A DNA stretch of 64,000 nt from Chiloscyllium plagiosum (Eukaryota). The notes beneath the pieces are model-generated. The model saw only the letters and a list, made by a program, of their open reading frames with translations, did no database searches and had not been told where the DNA came from. A program made the position numbers and the translations under genes. Numbering within the stretch: the stretch's first letter is position 1; each line of letters begins with the position of its first letter. This document shows positions 48,632-60,150 of the stretch, piece after piece. Where the stretch lies: positions 8,080,317 through 8,144,316 of the forward strand of contig NC_057752.1 of assembly GCF_004010195.1 (NCBI RefSeq), given 5' to 3'.

Positions 48632-49155
48632 CATTGGTTAGGCCACTTTTGGAATATTGCATGCAATTCTGGTCTCCTTCCTATCGGGAGGATGCTGTGG
48701 AACTTGAAAGAGTTCAGAAAAGACTTACAAGGATTGGAGGATTGGTGTCATAGAGAGAGTTGAATAGACTGGGGCTGTTTTCCCTGGAGCATTGGAAGTT
48801 GAGGGGTGACCTTATAGAGGTTTATAAAATCATGAGGGGCATGAATAGGATAATTAGACAAAGTCTTTTCCCTCGGGGCAGTGGGAGTCAAAAGCTAGAG
48901 GGGAAAGATATAAAAAGAACGCAAGGGACAAATTTTTCATGCAGAGGATTCAGAGAGTGTGTGCGTGCGTGTGCGCGGAATGAGCGGATACAATTGCAGC
49001 ATTTAAAGGGCATCTGGATGGGTATATGAATAGGAAGGTTTAGAGGGATATGGGCCAAGTGTTGGCCAGCAGGACATTAGGTTAGGATATTTGGTCTGCA
49101 TGGATGAGCTGGTCCGAAGGGTTCGTTTCCGTGCTGTATATCTCTATGACTCTAT
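48632..49155 (+). mobile_element. CR1/HER1 3' portion
   Basis: LGLFSLEHWKLRGDLIEVYKIMRG and tail ctctatgactcta. Confidence 0.9.
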
Positions 49156-50805
49156 TCAGTAGAGCTATCAGTCTCTACGCAGATTGTAACAAAGGGCATG
49201 TGGCATAGAAGCAAGGCAGGCAGTTATTAAAAGGTGGAAGCAAAGTGCCACAGCGATGCATACATTATATAAACTCAAACAGGTTATGGGCATATCACAT
49301 CTAATGCATCCTGAGCATTCAGCTAGAGAAAAAGGACCTAAACTCAAGGGCAAAGTTCACGTGTTTGAAGTTATTCATCAGCAGACATTTGCTAAATGAA
49401 AAGCTAACGAAATGCTGGAGCCACGTAATAAGGCCATATAAACTGTATGATGGCTGTATCAAAACTAATAGTCAATTCAAATAAAATTGTTATGGTCATA
49501 TACCTTGCTTAGCAGCAAAACAGTGACTTCTAGTTGAGATGATGAATACAACAGATTCATCATGTTGGGAACCATGACAGATAGCAGGATAATTAAATAA
49601 AACTTTCAAAATTTCTACTTACATGTACAGTATAAATATGAGACAGTAAATGAGTAAAAACTGCATAAACACGAAAGCAAAGCCTCATGTATTATAAATT
49701 AATATGTTCTACTAACAGAGAATGCTTTCTGTAGTCATGTAACTTCGCCTAACTGATCAACATAAACTGACATGGCCACACCAAAAGGGACCATGAAGCA
49801 ACTGAAAGTCATTAATGTGGCTTTCAGACTTGAAACATGCTTTTGTTAAACTAGTTTTACATTTAAATTATAAAGACACTAAGAGGGGAAAGAAATCTGC
49901 ATGACTTCTGATAATAGAATTAGGGCAACAGACTAGAATGAAATCTTTTAAGTGGGGACTTAAAGGTTTCTCCACCTGCAATAACAAGAATAGAGGTGAA
50001 AATTCCCTGGCTTATTGTAGCTAGTAACTTGAATTCATAACTCTCGTTCCAGTGCAATCATACGTGTCGTTACTTACTGCCTTTCAGAAAATCTAGATAC
50101 ATGCAGCATTTTCCCCATAGTTACATCACTGCAGTCTTTTTTTCTTGACAGCTGTTATGGAGCATGCTGCTTAATAACTAAACAAACTTTAGTTTGTCAC
50201 TAATATGTTGTGCAGGTTCATTATTTTCATGGGATAACTTCCAAGTTGGGGTCGGGGTACACACAACATACAGATCAGTTGGTAAAGCTGCAACTTTGAA
50301 GGTTTTCCAGTCCAATGTGTACCGAATCAAACACATCGTTTATTATTTTATAAAATTCACTTGTTGGTTTGTTTTCCAATGATCAAAAGGCACAATCACT
50401 CAATTGTGCTCCCAGGCCTTTGGATTCTAACTTCTTGCAAGAAACTAAAGTGGCCATACATCCAATCTAACCCATACTCATTTCATACGGTACAATAAAA
50501 TTTTATAATCCCACCTTATCAATAGAACCATCAATACAGTACATATTTTTCCACAGCTCCAACTCAGACTTAGTGGAAGATTTCCCAGTCTAAGACTAAC
50601 TCCACAAGAGGGATCAACAAGCCTCTCAAACAAAACAGAACTGTTAGAATCGTACCGTTTTTTTTTCCAATTTTACATTTCATGCAGAGTAGCAATTTGT
50701 GAATTAAGAAAAATTATGCAGCTGAACAAAATCATCAAGATTTAGTTAATTTTGAAAAAAAAGGAAAACATCTCAATATCCTTCCCCTCACAATAATACA
50801 TCACG

Positions 50806-51348
50806 GTTAGTTTTATGTACATAGGAAGCAGGAGGAGTAGACATTCAACACCTCAAGCCAAATCAGGTATTCACTAAGATCATCACTGCAGTCTGCGTGT
50901 TGTAGGTAAACCCACAATGCTAGGGGAACTCTAGGATTTGACATAGTGACAGTGAAGAAACTGCATTATATTTCCGAGTCAGGGTGGTTAGTGGCTTGGA
51001 GGGAATACCATCTGCAATTCGTCTCCAAGCAACTCACCGTCTTGACTTGGAAATATCAGTTTCTTCACTGTCACTAGGCCCAAACTCCCAGAATTCCTCC
51101 TCTAAGAGCATTGTGGGTCTACCTACAACAAGCAGACTGCGGTGATTTGAGGCAGCAGCTCACCACTACCTTCTCAAGGGCAATTAAGGTTGGGCATTAA
51201 ATGCTGATCAGCCAGCAACTCCCATGAGAGAACAATTTTTTTAACAAATATGCGGTCTTTATATCAGCCATGATCTTAGTGAATACCTGATTTGGCTTGA
51301 GGTATTGAAGGTCTACTCCTCCTGCTTCCTGTGTACATAAAACTAACG
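50806..51348. repeat. Nested inverted duplication built from LINE ends
   Basis: 50806-50883 is the reverse complement of 51270-51347 (3 mismatches). 50882-51005 is the reverse complement of ~51020-51146. Confidence 0.85.
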
Positions 51349-51399
51349 TAGGTATGGGTAGAGTATGCTGGTTGGCAAGCAAAATGGCCACATCCCACA

Positions 51400-53190
51400 A
51401 GAGAATGTAATAAGAAATTCCTGCCCACTCCCACTGTACCCACACCCCACCCTAATAAATTTTCACTCTCTTACTCAAGAATCTCTGTTCCTTAAAAGCT
51501 CAAAAACTCTGCTTCCAACCTTTTGGAGTGCTCCAAAGACACTCAACTCTCAATTACTCATGTGTCTTAAAATTCCCCATAGACATCCATTTCACATACA
51601 CCCTGTCAAGGCCCCTCAGGATCTTGTACATTGTAGCCAAGTCATTAGTTGCCCTTTTAAACTCTATTGGGTAAAACCTATCCTATCCAACTTATATATG
51701 ACAACCCACCAATTTTAGATAATCTTCTTAGAACTGCTTCAAAACATACTTACATCCTTTCTTAAATAAGACAACTAATACTGTACAAAGTACTCCAGGT
51801 GTGTTCTCCCCACTGCCTTGTATAGCTGAAGCATCACCACCTTGTTATAATTTATTGCAAGGGGAAATGAGTATATTCTATTAGTTTTCCAAACTGCTTA
51901 CTATGCTTACATTTAACCTTTCGCAACACGTGCGTTAGTATGCCCAGAGCCCATCAGTCTCTCTCCATTTAGGTAACATGCTTTATTCTTCCTCCAAAAA
52001 TTAACAATTTCAAATTTTCCCATATTATATTCTATTTGCCAGAACTTTGCCAATTTTTTCAGACTCATGTCCTCTTCACAACTCTCTCCTACCCAGATTT
52101 GTGTCATTAGCAAATTTAGCAACCATGTCCTTGGTGCTTTCTGTAAAATGTTGAGATACAGTACTGATGTTGATGGCACGCCACTTGTTATTCATTTGCC
52201 CATACCATTATGTATTGGCTGGCAAATCTTCAATCCATAACAATGTTACCCCCCCTACACCATAAGCATTTATTTTCCCGAATAATTTTTGACTCAAATA
52301 TTTTCTGTACAAAGTACAGTGCATCCACCAGTTCCCCTTTATCTACAGTATGTATTACCACCTCAAAAGAATTCCAATACATGTAGTCCCTGGGTTACAA
52401 ATGGGTTTCATTCAAGTCGACTTGCTAGTCAATTTGTATACAAGTCGGAATACAATGCAGGACAACATAAAATAGTCGTGTGTGTGTATACAGGAAACAT
52501 TCATGCGTCAGATTTTAAAAATTACACCCTTGCATGAGATCCCATTCTTAAGTGTGCGTATTCATAATGCAGATGTTCATGACTCAAGGAGCCCCTCCAG
52601 ATTGCTTAAACATTATTTCCATTTTGCAAAACTCTACCAGAGTACCTTTTTCTAGATGTCATTATGCATTTAATAATGGCTACTAACAGTTGTGTGGTAT
52701 ACATTAAGTCAACTAGCATTGAGTTTTTCTTTCTCTTCCTCCCTTTCTGGGAATAGTAAACGTTAACTCATCTAATCTAATTTGGCTTTTCCCAAATCTA
52801 GGGAATTTTGCAGCATTACAACCATACATTAACCATCTCATTAATCATTTCAGATCCTAGGGCAAAGCCATGATGCAGGACTCGTCAGCTTACAACTCCA
52901 ATACACCTTCCCAGAGTTTACAATTTTCTGAGTTCCTTCTTCCCTTCAATTTCCTAATTTAGCTATGGAACGTAAGTTCATTCCTCCGTTGTGAAGACTG
53001 ATGCAAAATAACTTTCAATTCATCTGCTGTATCCTTATTTTCTATTGTTTAATTATTTTTATATTTCTAGGTAGCATTCTCTTGCATTCCCGCCCCCGTC
53101 ACCCTTATTAGCTGGAGCCATTCTTCGCTTTGGTCAACATTCTGTCCAATCTTCTAACCTGTTGTCAATCTTTGTGCAACTATATGCTTT
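51400..53190 (-). mobile_element. Old CR1 LINE, with a Tigger-like MITE at ~52380-52597
   Basis: WQIEYNMGKFEIVNF motif and KFANDTNLG-like sequence. MITE ends catgtagtccctgggttac / gttcatgactcaaggagccc. Confidence 0.7.
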
Positions 53191-53484
53191 GAGGGGGAGC
53201 TCCTAGATCTTTTTCTCCCCGAAGTTGTTTCTGAAACTTTAAAAATGAAACACGAGAACAAACTGCACTCCCCCCACCCCAAACCCTGATGATAAAGAAT
53301 TTGAAAGAACTGTTATGGGGCCAACACGAACATAGAGATAAGGTTATAAAGAAAGAGCGTTAAAAGAGATGTCAGTGATGAGTTGATTTTAAAGTTGGAT
53401 TCAGTAAATCTGAAGATTGACCTTTGATAGACCCTCTTGTCTGCAGCCTCCAAAGCTTATCCTCACGATTGCAAGTTTCCTTAC

Positions 53485-53518
53485 CTTTCTTCACACTGTT
53501 GAAATGGTGAAGTCGCCT
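53485..53518 (-). other. Candidate 34-nt upstream exon of ZC3H10
   Basis: tgtatcttttcAG|AGGCGACTTCACCATTTCAACAGTGTGAAGAAAG|GTAAGG. Confidence 0.4.
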
Positions 53519-54393
53519 CTGAAAAGATACAGATGCACTTGTCTAGATGTTCTTTCCCTCCTTGCATCCCCAATGTGTTGAGATCAAGATTAATTGCACA
53601 GTATCCTACTTGTACTCAACATTTCCACATCAGAAAACGTATATTAAAATGATTACAAAGATTTTAATTTTTAAATCAGCAAAACATAAGAACTCGAAGT
53701 ATTATCCCACATTTAACTTGTTTGTAGACATTAGATTTTCCAAAATGTTGCAATCCTTAGCATCTCCGGAGAGGCAACAAGGTTGCTAACAGCAGCCTGT
53801 GTTCTCAAACTGGGATGAGAAGAATCTAGTCTGGATTCTACTCCCAATTGTAATTTACTGTAATCATTCAAGAATAGGTCAAATGCCAGCACAGTTCACA
53901 CGTTTACCAAAATTAATGTCCAAACTCACCATCAAGGGAAGAATATAGAAAACTAATGTAAACAGTAAAATAAATAATCATTTTCCGTATTTCCACCTCA
54001 CTGCTAATGAAAAGCCTGACCATTTGCTGGTAAGAAAACGTAGCAGAGACTTAGGACTTGGAAAACCTCATTGCCAACATAAAAAAACATAACTGCTATT
54101 CTCGAGATCAAAGCTCCAAGACCAATGATGCCAACGCATTGCTTAGTATAGTCTCTTAGTATAGTTCTGGTTGAAGCTAACAGAGGTTGATAAAACAGCA
54201 TCTGTCAGATGATCTATGCATTGGATAATCATTTAGAAGCAACAGCATAACACATTCAGATAGGAAATACCGCATGCAAAAAAAAATGCAATAGGCTGCA
54301 GAATATATCTTTGATATCCATTAAGTGCTTGAGGCAGTTTCCCAGTTTCTCTCTCTAAAAACACAACTCAATGGAACTCCAAAGAAATTGTTT

Positions 54394-57300
54394 GCAGTTT
54401 TCAAGATTTGCAGTTCAGGTTGTAAGTTTCTCTCTGAGCTGGAAGGTTTGTTTTCAGACATTTCGTCACCATACTAGATAACATCATCAGTGAGCCTCCA
54501 GTGAAGTGCTGCTGTTGTGTCCCACTTTCTATTTGTGCATCTTGGTCTCAAGGTGGGCGATATCATTTCTGGTTCTTTTTCTCAGAGAATGGTAGATGTG
54601 GTCCACATCGGTGTGTTGATTGATAGAGTCCCGGTTAGAATACCAGACCTCTAGAAATTCCTGTGTGTCTCGGTTTTGCTTGACCTAGGATGGATGTGCT
54701 GTCCCAGTTGAAGTGGCATCCTCCTTCGTCTGTATATAAGGATACGAGTGATAGTGGGACGTCTTTTTGTGGCTAGTTGGTGTTCATGCATACTGCTGGC
54801 TAGCTTTCTGCCTGTCTGTCTGATGTAGTGTTTGTTACGGTCCTTGCATGGTATTTTATAAATGACATTTGTTTTGCTGGTTGTCTGTATAGGGCCCTTT
54901 AGGTTCATCAGCTGCCATTTAAGTGTGTTGGTAGGTTTGTGGGCTACCACAATGCCAAGGGGTCTGGGCAGTCTGGAAGTCATTTCAGAGATGTCTTTGA
55001 TGTATGGTAATGTGGCTAGGGTATATGGGCTCATTGTGTCTGCTTATTTGGGTTTGTTGTTGAGAAATTGGCAGACTGCTTATATTGGGTACCCGCTGCT
55101 CTTGAGTATGCTGTATCAGTATTTTTCTTCTGCTGTTTGTAGTTACTGGGTGCTGCAGTGTGTTGCAGCCCATTGAAATAATATCCTGATGCATCTTTGT
55201 TTGTGGGTGTTGGGATGATTGCTTCTATATAGTTAAGTATTTGCTCTGTGTGTTACTTTCCTGCAGTCCTGGTTTGAAGTTCTCCATAACTGTTCGTTCT
55301 ACTGTGATATCTAGGAATGGGAGTCTGTTGTCGTTCTCCTCTTTTGTGAATTTTATGCCAGTAAGGATATTGTTGATGCGGTCGTAAGTTTCATCTGATT
55401 TATTTTGTTTAGTGAAGACAAAGGTGTCATCAACGTAGTGGAGCCAAAGTTTGGGCTGTTTAATTGGGAGGGCTGTTTGAGTCTCTGCATTACTGCTTCT
55501 GCTAAGAACCCGGATACTGGTGATCCCACGGGGTGTTCTGTTGATATATTTGTCGGTCTTGTTAGTGAATGTGGAAGCGGGATGTAACACCAGCCCTTCA
55601 CCAGAGGCTCACTGATGTTGTTACCAAGTATGGTGACAAAATGTCTGAAAAACAAACTTTCCAGCTCAGCTATAACCACTATATGAAAATTTCCAAAGAA
55701 AAACCTACTTACACCCTGAACCTCAACCTGAGCTACAAATCTTCTCGAAAACCATAAGCACCTATAGGTGCAATACGCTAAAATTAGCCTGAAGATGGGA
55801 AACCAACGCCATCTGACTGAAGGTCACCCGCGAACAACTGTACTTCCTGCATGAATGCCTCAGGAATCGGGTACTACCAAAATGTCTTAAATACAAACCA
55901 CTGCTCAACACCCCACTAGCCAAAAGAATAACAGAACAGAAAGGCTGCAGAATGTTGAGAGAAATGATTAAAGATGCCCACAACCAATGACACAAATACA
56001 TTGAGGAAATTTCGCACCAAAAAAACTTTTATATACTAACATGACAGACCATGAATGGACAGACATGCTAGAACGAGCCATATGCATCAAACAACAGCAA
56101 ACAATAAATGAAAAAATTAGCCCTACATGAAAAGTTGGACAAGCTCACATTAAAAAGAACAAAGACAACAAAGAGGCTTGGGTCAAAACCTCAGACCAAC
56201 CACTAAGATCATCCAAATAAGAGGGTTAAACTACAATTACAGAGACATGACAAAAAGGACTTCCTAACAGCATTAGGATCAACCCTGAAGGACAATGGAC
56301 TCAAAGAAGAAACCCAGCAGACAAGACAGTTGCACCAGCGTTAAGTGGGAAAAAGGAACGAAACACAGGAAAGCCCTAGAAAGACTCAAAAAAGACAAAA
56401 ACGTTGGCTGCAGGTAGGATTACAAAGGGCGCATGACCGTCATTCTAAATAGAACAGAGTACGTTGACAAAGCAAACTCACTGATCGCAGATACAAACAA
56501 TTACCACTTACTGGCGATAGACCTGAAACCACAACGAGAAAACCATGTCATAGCCACAGTGAAAAGACTTCATGAACCAGGACAAATAAACAAGACAGAT
56601 TTCCAAAAGAAAAAAAAATGAAGCCAGATGGATTCAACACACCCACTTCTACGGACTACCTAAAGTACACAAACCAGGGGGCCCCCTCAGACCCATAGTC
56701 TCACTTACCTGGAACACCGACATACAGACGAGCCAAGGAAATCTACCAAAAACTGAAATACTTAGTAGAAGATTCATGCCACTCCACTCACTCCACCCAA
56801 GAATTCCTGAACACCAAAGACACCAAGATAGAAGACGACAAAATAATTGTCTCATTTGATGGAACAGCCCTGTTCACATCAATCATCAACCAAAACAGTC
56901 AAGGACACAAACACCAGACAGCACCAACTTCATCAGTAAAGACAACATCTTCAACATCCATGTGGCACCACCCACTTCACACTCAATAACAAAACCTACA
57001 AACAAATGACCCATGGGGTCACCAATATCAGGGTTCTAAGCAGAAGCAGCAATGCAGAGACTCAAACAAAAGGCCCTCCCAACTATCCAAACCAAACTTT
57101 GGACTCCACTATGTGAATAACACCTTTGTCATCACAAAATGGAACAAAGTAGATGAAATCTACATCATCAACAATATCCTTACTGGCATAAAATTCACAA
57201 AGGAGGAGAATGACAACAGACTCCCATTCCTAGATATCACAGTAGAATGAACAATTAATGGAGAACTTCAAACCAGCATCTACAGAAAAGTAACACACAC

Positions 57301-58109
57301 ATACACACACACACAGACCAAATACCCAACAACAGAAGCAATTATCCCAACACCCACAAACGAAACTACATCAGGACATTATTTCAATGGTGCGGCACCC
57401 AGGAACTATGAATAGCAGAAGAAAAATACTGATACTTCAAGAATGGATACCCAATAAACACAGTCTGGGTTCGTTGTTGAAAAAAAAACAAACAGACATA
57501 ATGTGCCCAAAAACCCTAGCCACATTACCATACAAAGACATCTCTGAAATGACTTCCAGTCTTCTTGGCATCATGGTAGCCCACAAACCTACAACACATT
57601 TAAACAATGGCTGACGAATCTAAAGGGCCCTATACAGACAACCAGCAAAACAAATGTCATTTACAAAATACTGTGCAAGGACTGTAACAAACATTACATC
57701 GGACAGACAGGCAGAAAGCTAGCCAGCAGTATACATGAACACCAACTAGCCACAAAAAGACATGCCTCACAATCACTAGTATCCTTATATACAGACAAAG
57801 GAAGACACCACTTCAACTGGGACAGCACATCCATCAGAGTCAAGCCAAACAGAGACACGCACGGGAATTCCTAGAGGTCTGGCATTTTAACCAGAACTCC
57901 ATCAATACACACCGATTTGGACCCCATCTACCATCCTCTGAGAAAAAGAACCGGAAATGATGTCACCCACCTTAAGACCAAGACACACAAATAGAAAGCG
58001 GGACATAACACCAGCACTTCAGTGGTGGGTCACTGATACTACCTAGCATGGTGACAAAACATCTGAAAACAAACCTTCCAGCTCAACGAGCAAATTTACA
58101 ACTTGATCC
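54394..58109 (+). mobile_element. Penelope-like element (RT + GIY-YIG), near full length but frameshifted, with pLTRs and a 1.2-kb inverted 5' arm
   Basis: FYGLPKVHKPGGPLRPIVS (~56650), PMGSPISGFLAE, LPFLDITV, NVIYKILCKDCNKHYIGQTGRKL (GIY-YIG, ~57655). Direct terminal repeats ~55575-55670 and ~57995-58085. 54394-55580 is an inverted copy of ~56970-58105 that retains YVDD. Candidate TSD aaattgttt (54385-54393, 58110-58118). Confidence 0.93.
54454..54493 (-). ncRNA. Minimal hammerhead motif in the Penelope pLTR
   Basis: UCA-CUGAUGA-U-GUUAUC(UAGUAU)GGUGAC-GAAA-UG-UC-UGA. Sister copies at ~55610, ~58030 and ~13546 have core mutations. Confidence 0.6.
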
Positions 58110-59767
58110 AAATTGTTTAGAAAATTTCCTGTCTTCCTCTCTCAATTAAGCTTTTCTGTAAAACTTTGAGTTGGATTAAGTTCTAAAATCCAGCAAAAAC
58201 TATAATTCTACCAACACTTCAAAAATGTTATGTAGAAGTCATCAACTGCGATAAACATTGTCAACATGACATCCAGGGTAGTTTAAAGTTGTGGCTCATC
58301 AACTATTTGTTGCATTGAGATTTTGATCAGGGCTTGAAATATCTACAAGAAAGCACAATCTGAACTAGCATAAATTCCCTTCAGACTAAGGAATGCCCTT
58401 GTTGCCTACTGATATTCACCTTCTAAAACTGCTACTGGAAGTCATGACCTGAACTTTTAATTATCTTCACAGATGCTGCCAGATCCGCTGAGCATTTCCA
58501 GCATTGTGTTTTCATTATCCATATTCGAGAATAGGGAGACTACAGCATATGAATCAGCCCAAATGAAGTACCCAAACAGTGACAGGGTATGTTCAAAGGA
58601 AGTAAAGCAAAACTAGCATAGCAAGATTTGCTTGATCAGTGACCAAACCATTGTGTATTGGCCTGGAAGTATTTTATGAACTTTCATAATTACTTACTAA
58701 TTGTCCATGCAATTATTTTATCAGCCTGAATTCAGGAAGCACACAACAATGTGCCCTAATACCCTTTTTTTTGTTTTAGAACTTGAAAATTTGTGAACAG
58801 GACCATTAACTATATTGACTTCAAACCTAATCTAGTCAAGAAATTATTCTGACTCAGAGTTTCTGGGACAGTTCTTTCTTCCAGTCCAAACAGTACAAGA
58901 CTAAAACTTTCAGGAGAACCTTAAATAAGTTGGAACAAAAATGTGGAAAATGTCCAATAGTAAAACAAAACAAACTAACACCAGGTTACGCTTTCTCCTA
59001 CGATCTTACTAATTTCACATCTTCAAATAACTGAAGGTTATTTTCCCTCCTATTCCATGTTTTCCCCAGTCACATTAAAGGTTTCTTTTATTCAATATCT
59101 AACACCCACTGAGTATTTAATTCAACACTTCTTTCAGATGCACACTCACTGTACATTTACATTTTGATAATATTATGTAGGAGTAATGAAAATGGTTTTT
59201 AAAAGCACTTTTTGGTCTCTTACTTCCCTCAGTGTGTCATTCTTGGTGACCATACTTTATTCATCTGGCCCCATTAAGTAACCTTACACATCTTATCCCT
59301 ACATCATAACTTTAATAATATCAATAAGACCTCTCAGTGCCCTCTTGTTGCTTTTGCCTAAATCCAAAGACTTTGAAATCCAAAGTTGGGCAATAACCCA
59401 ATCATGACTGATCTGGTTTTTGCCTCATCACAATTATTTACTTAACCCTTCATAGTGCTTATCCAATATATACCTACTCTTACATTGAGCACCCTCATTG
59501 CTGCATACAAAATCTATTTTTCCACAAAAGGTGGGTGAACAGCTTTCAGAAGAAAATCCTGTGCTGTTTGCTATTATGGACAATGCTGCAATAGTACTTA
59601 ATGCCCATCCTTGGTTGCCTGGAGATGGCCTTAAGTTACTGCAATTCTAAAGATAAGATTTTCATAATTATGAGCAGAAAATTGCAGGATATGCATCAGA
59701 CAACAACTGCCCAAATTGGAACAGTTTAAATTATGGAAGGGAACTTGAAAGTGATATTATCCCTTTT

Positions 59768-60036
59768 TGATTGATTGGATTCCCTACAGTGTGGAAACAG
59801 GCCCTTCGGCCCAACAAGTCCACACCGACCCTCCGAAGAGCAACCCACACAGACCCATTCCCCTACACCTAACACTATGGACAATTTAGCATGGTCAATT
59901 CACCTTTGGACTGTGGGAGGAAACCCACGCAGACACGGGGAGAACTCCACACAGACAGTTGCCCAAGGCGGGAATTGAACCCGGGTCCCTGGCACTTTGA
60001 GGCAGCAGTGCTAACCACTAAGCCACTGTGCCGCCC
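59768..60036 (-). mobile_element. HE1 SINE with internal deletions
   Basis: Reverse complement of the HE1 head, part of the V-domain and the tail. Confidence 0.9.
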
Positions 60037-60150
60037 TTGATATTCTTGTCCATTTCAATGATAGAAGCCCAATGAAGGGAGGTTTTAACGCCTTCTGTAC
60101 ATTGTATAAACTAGCAGCCAAGACCAGAGGTTATCAAGCCTCAAGCCCCA

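Noticed and set aside
55690..57900. Penelope ORF as an active or domesticated gene
   Set aside because: Multiple stops and frameshifts, and the catalytic YVDD is mutated to YVNN in the direct copy.
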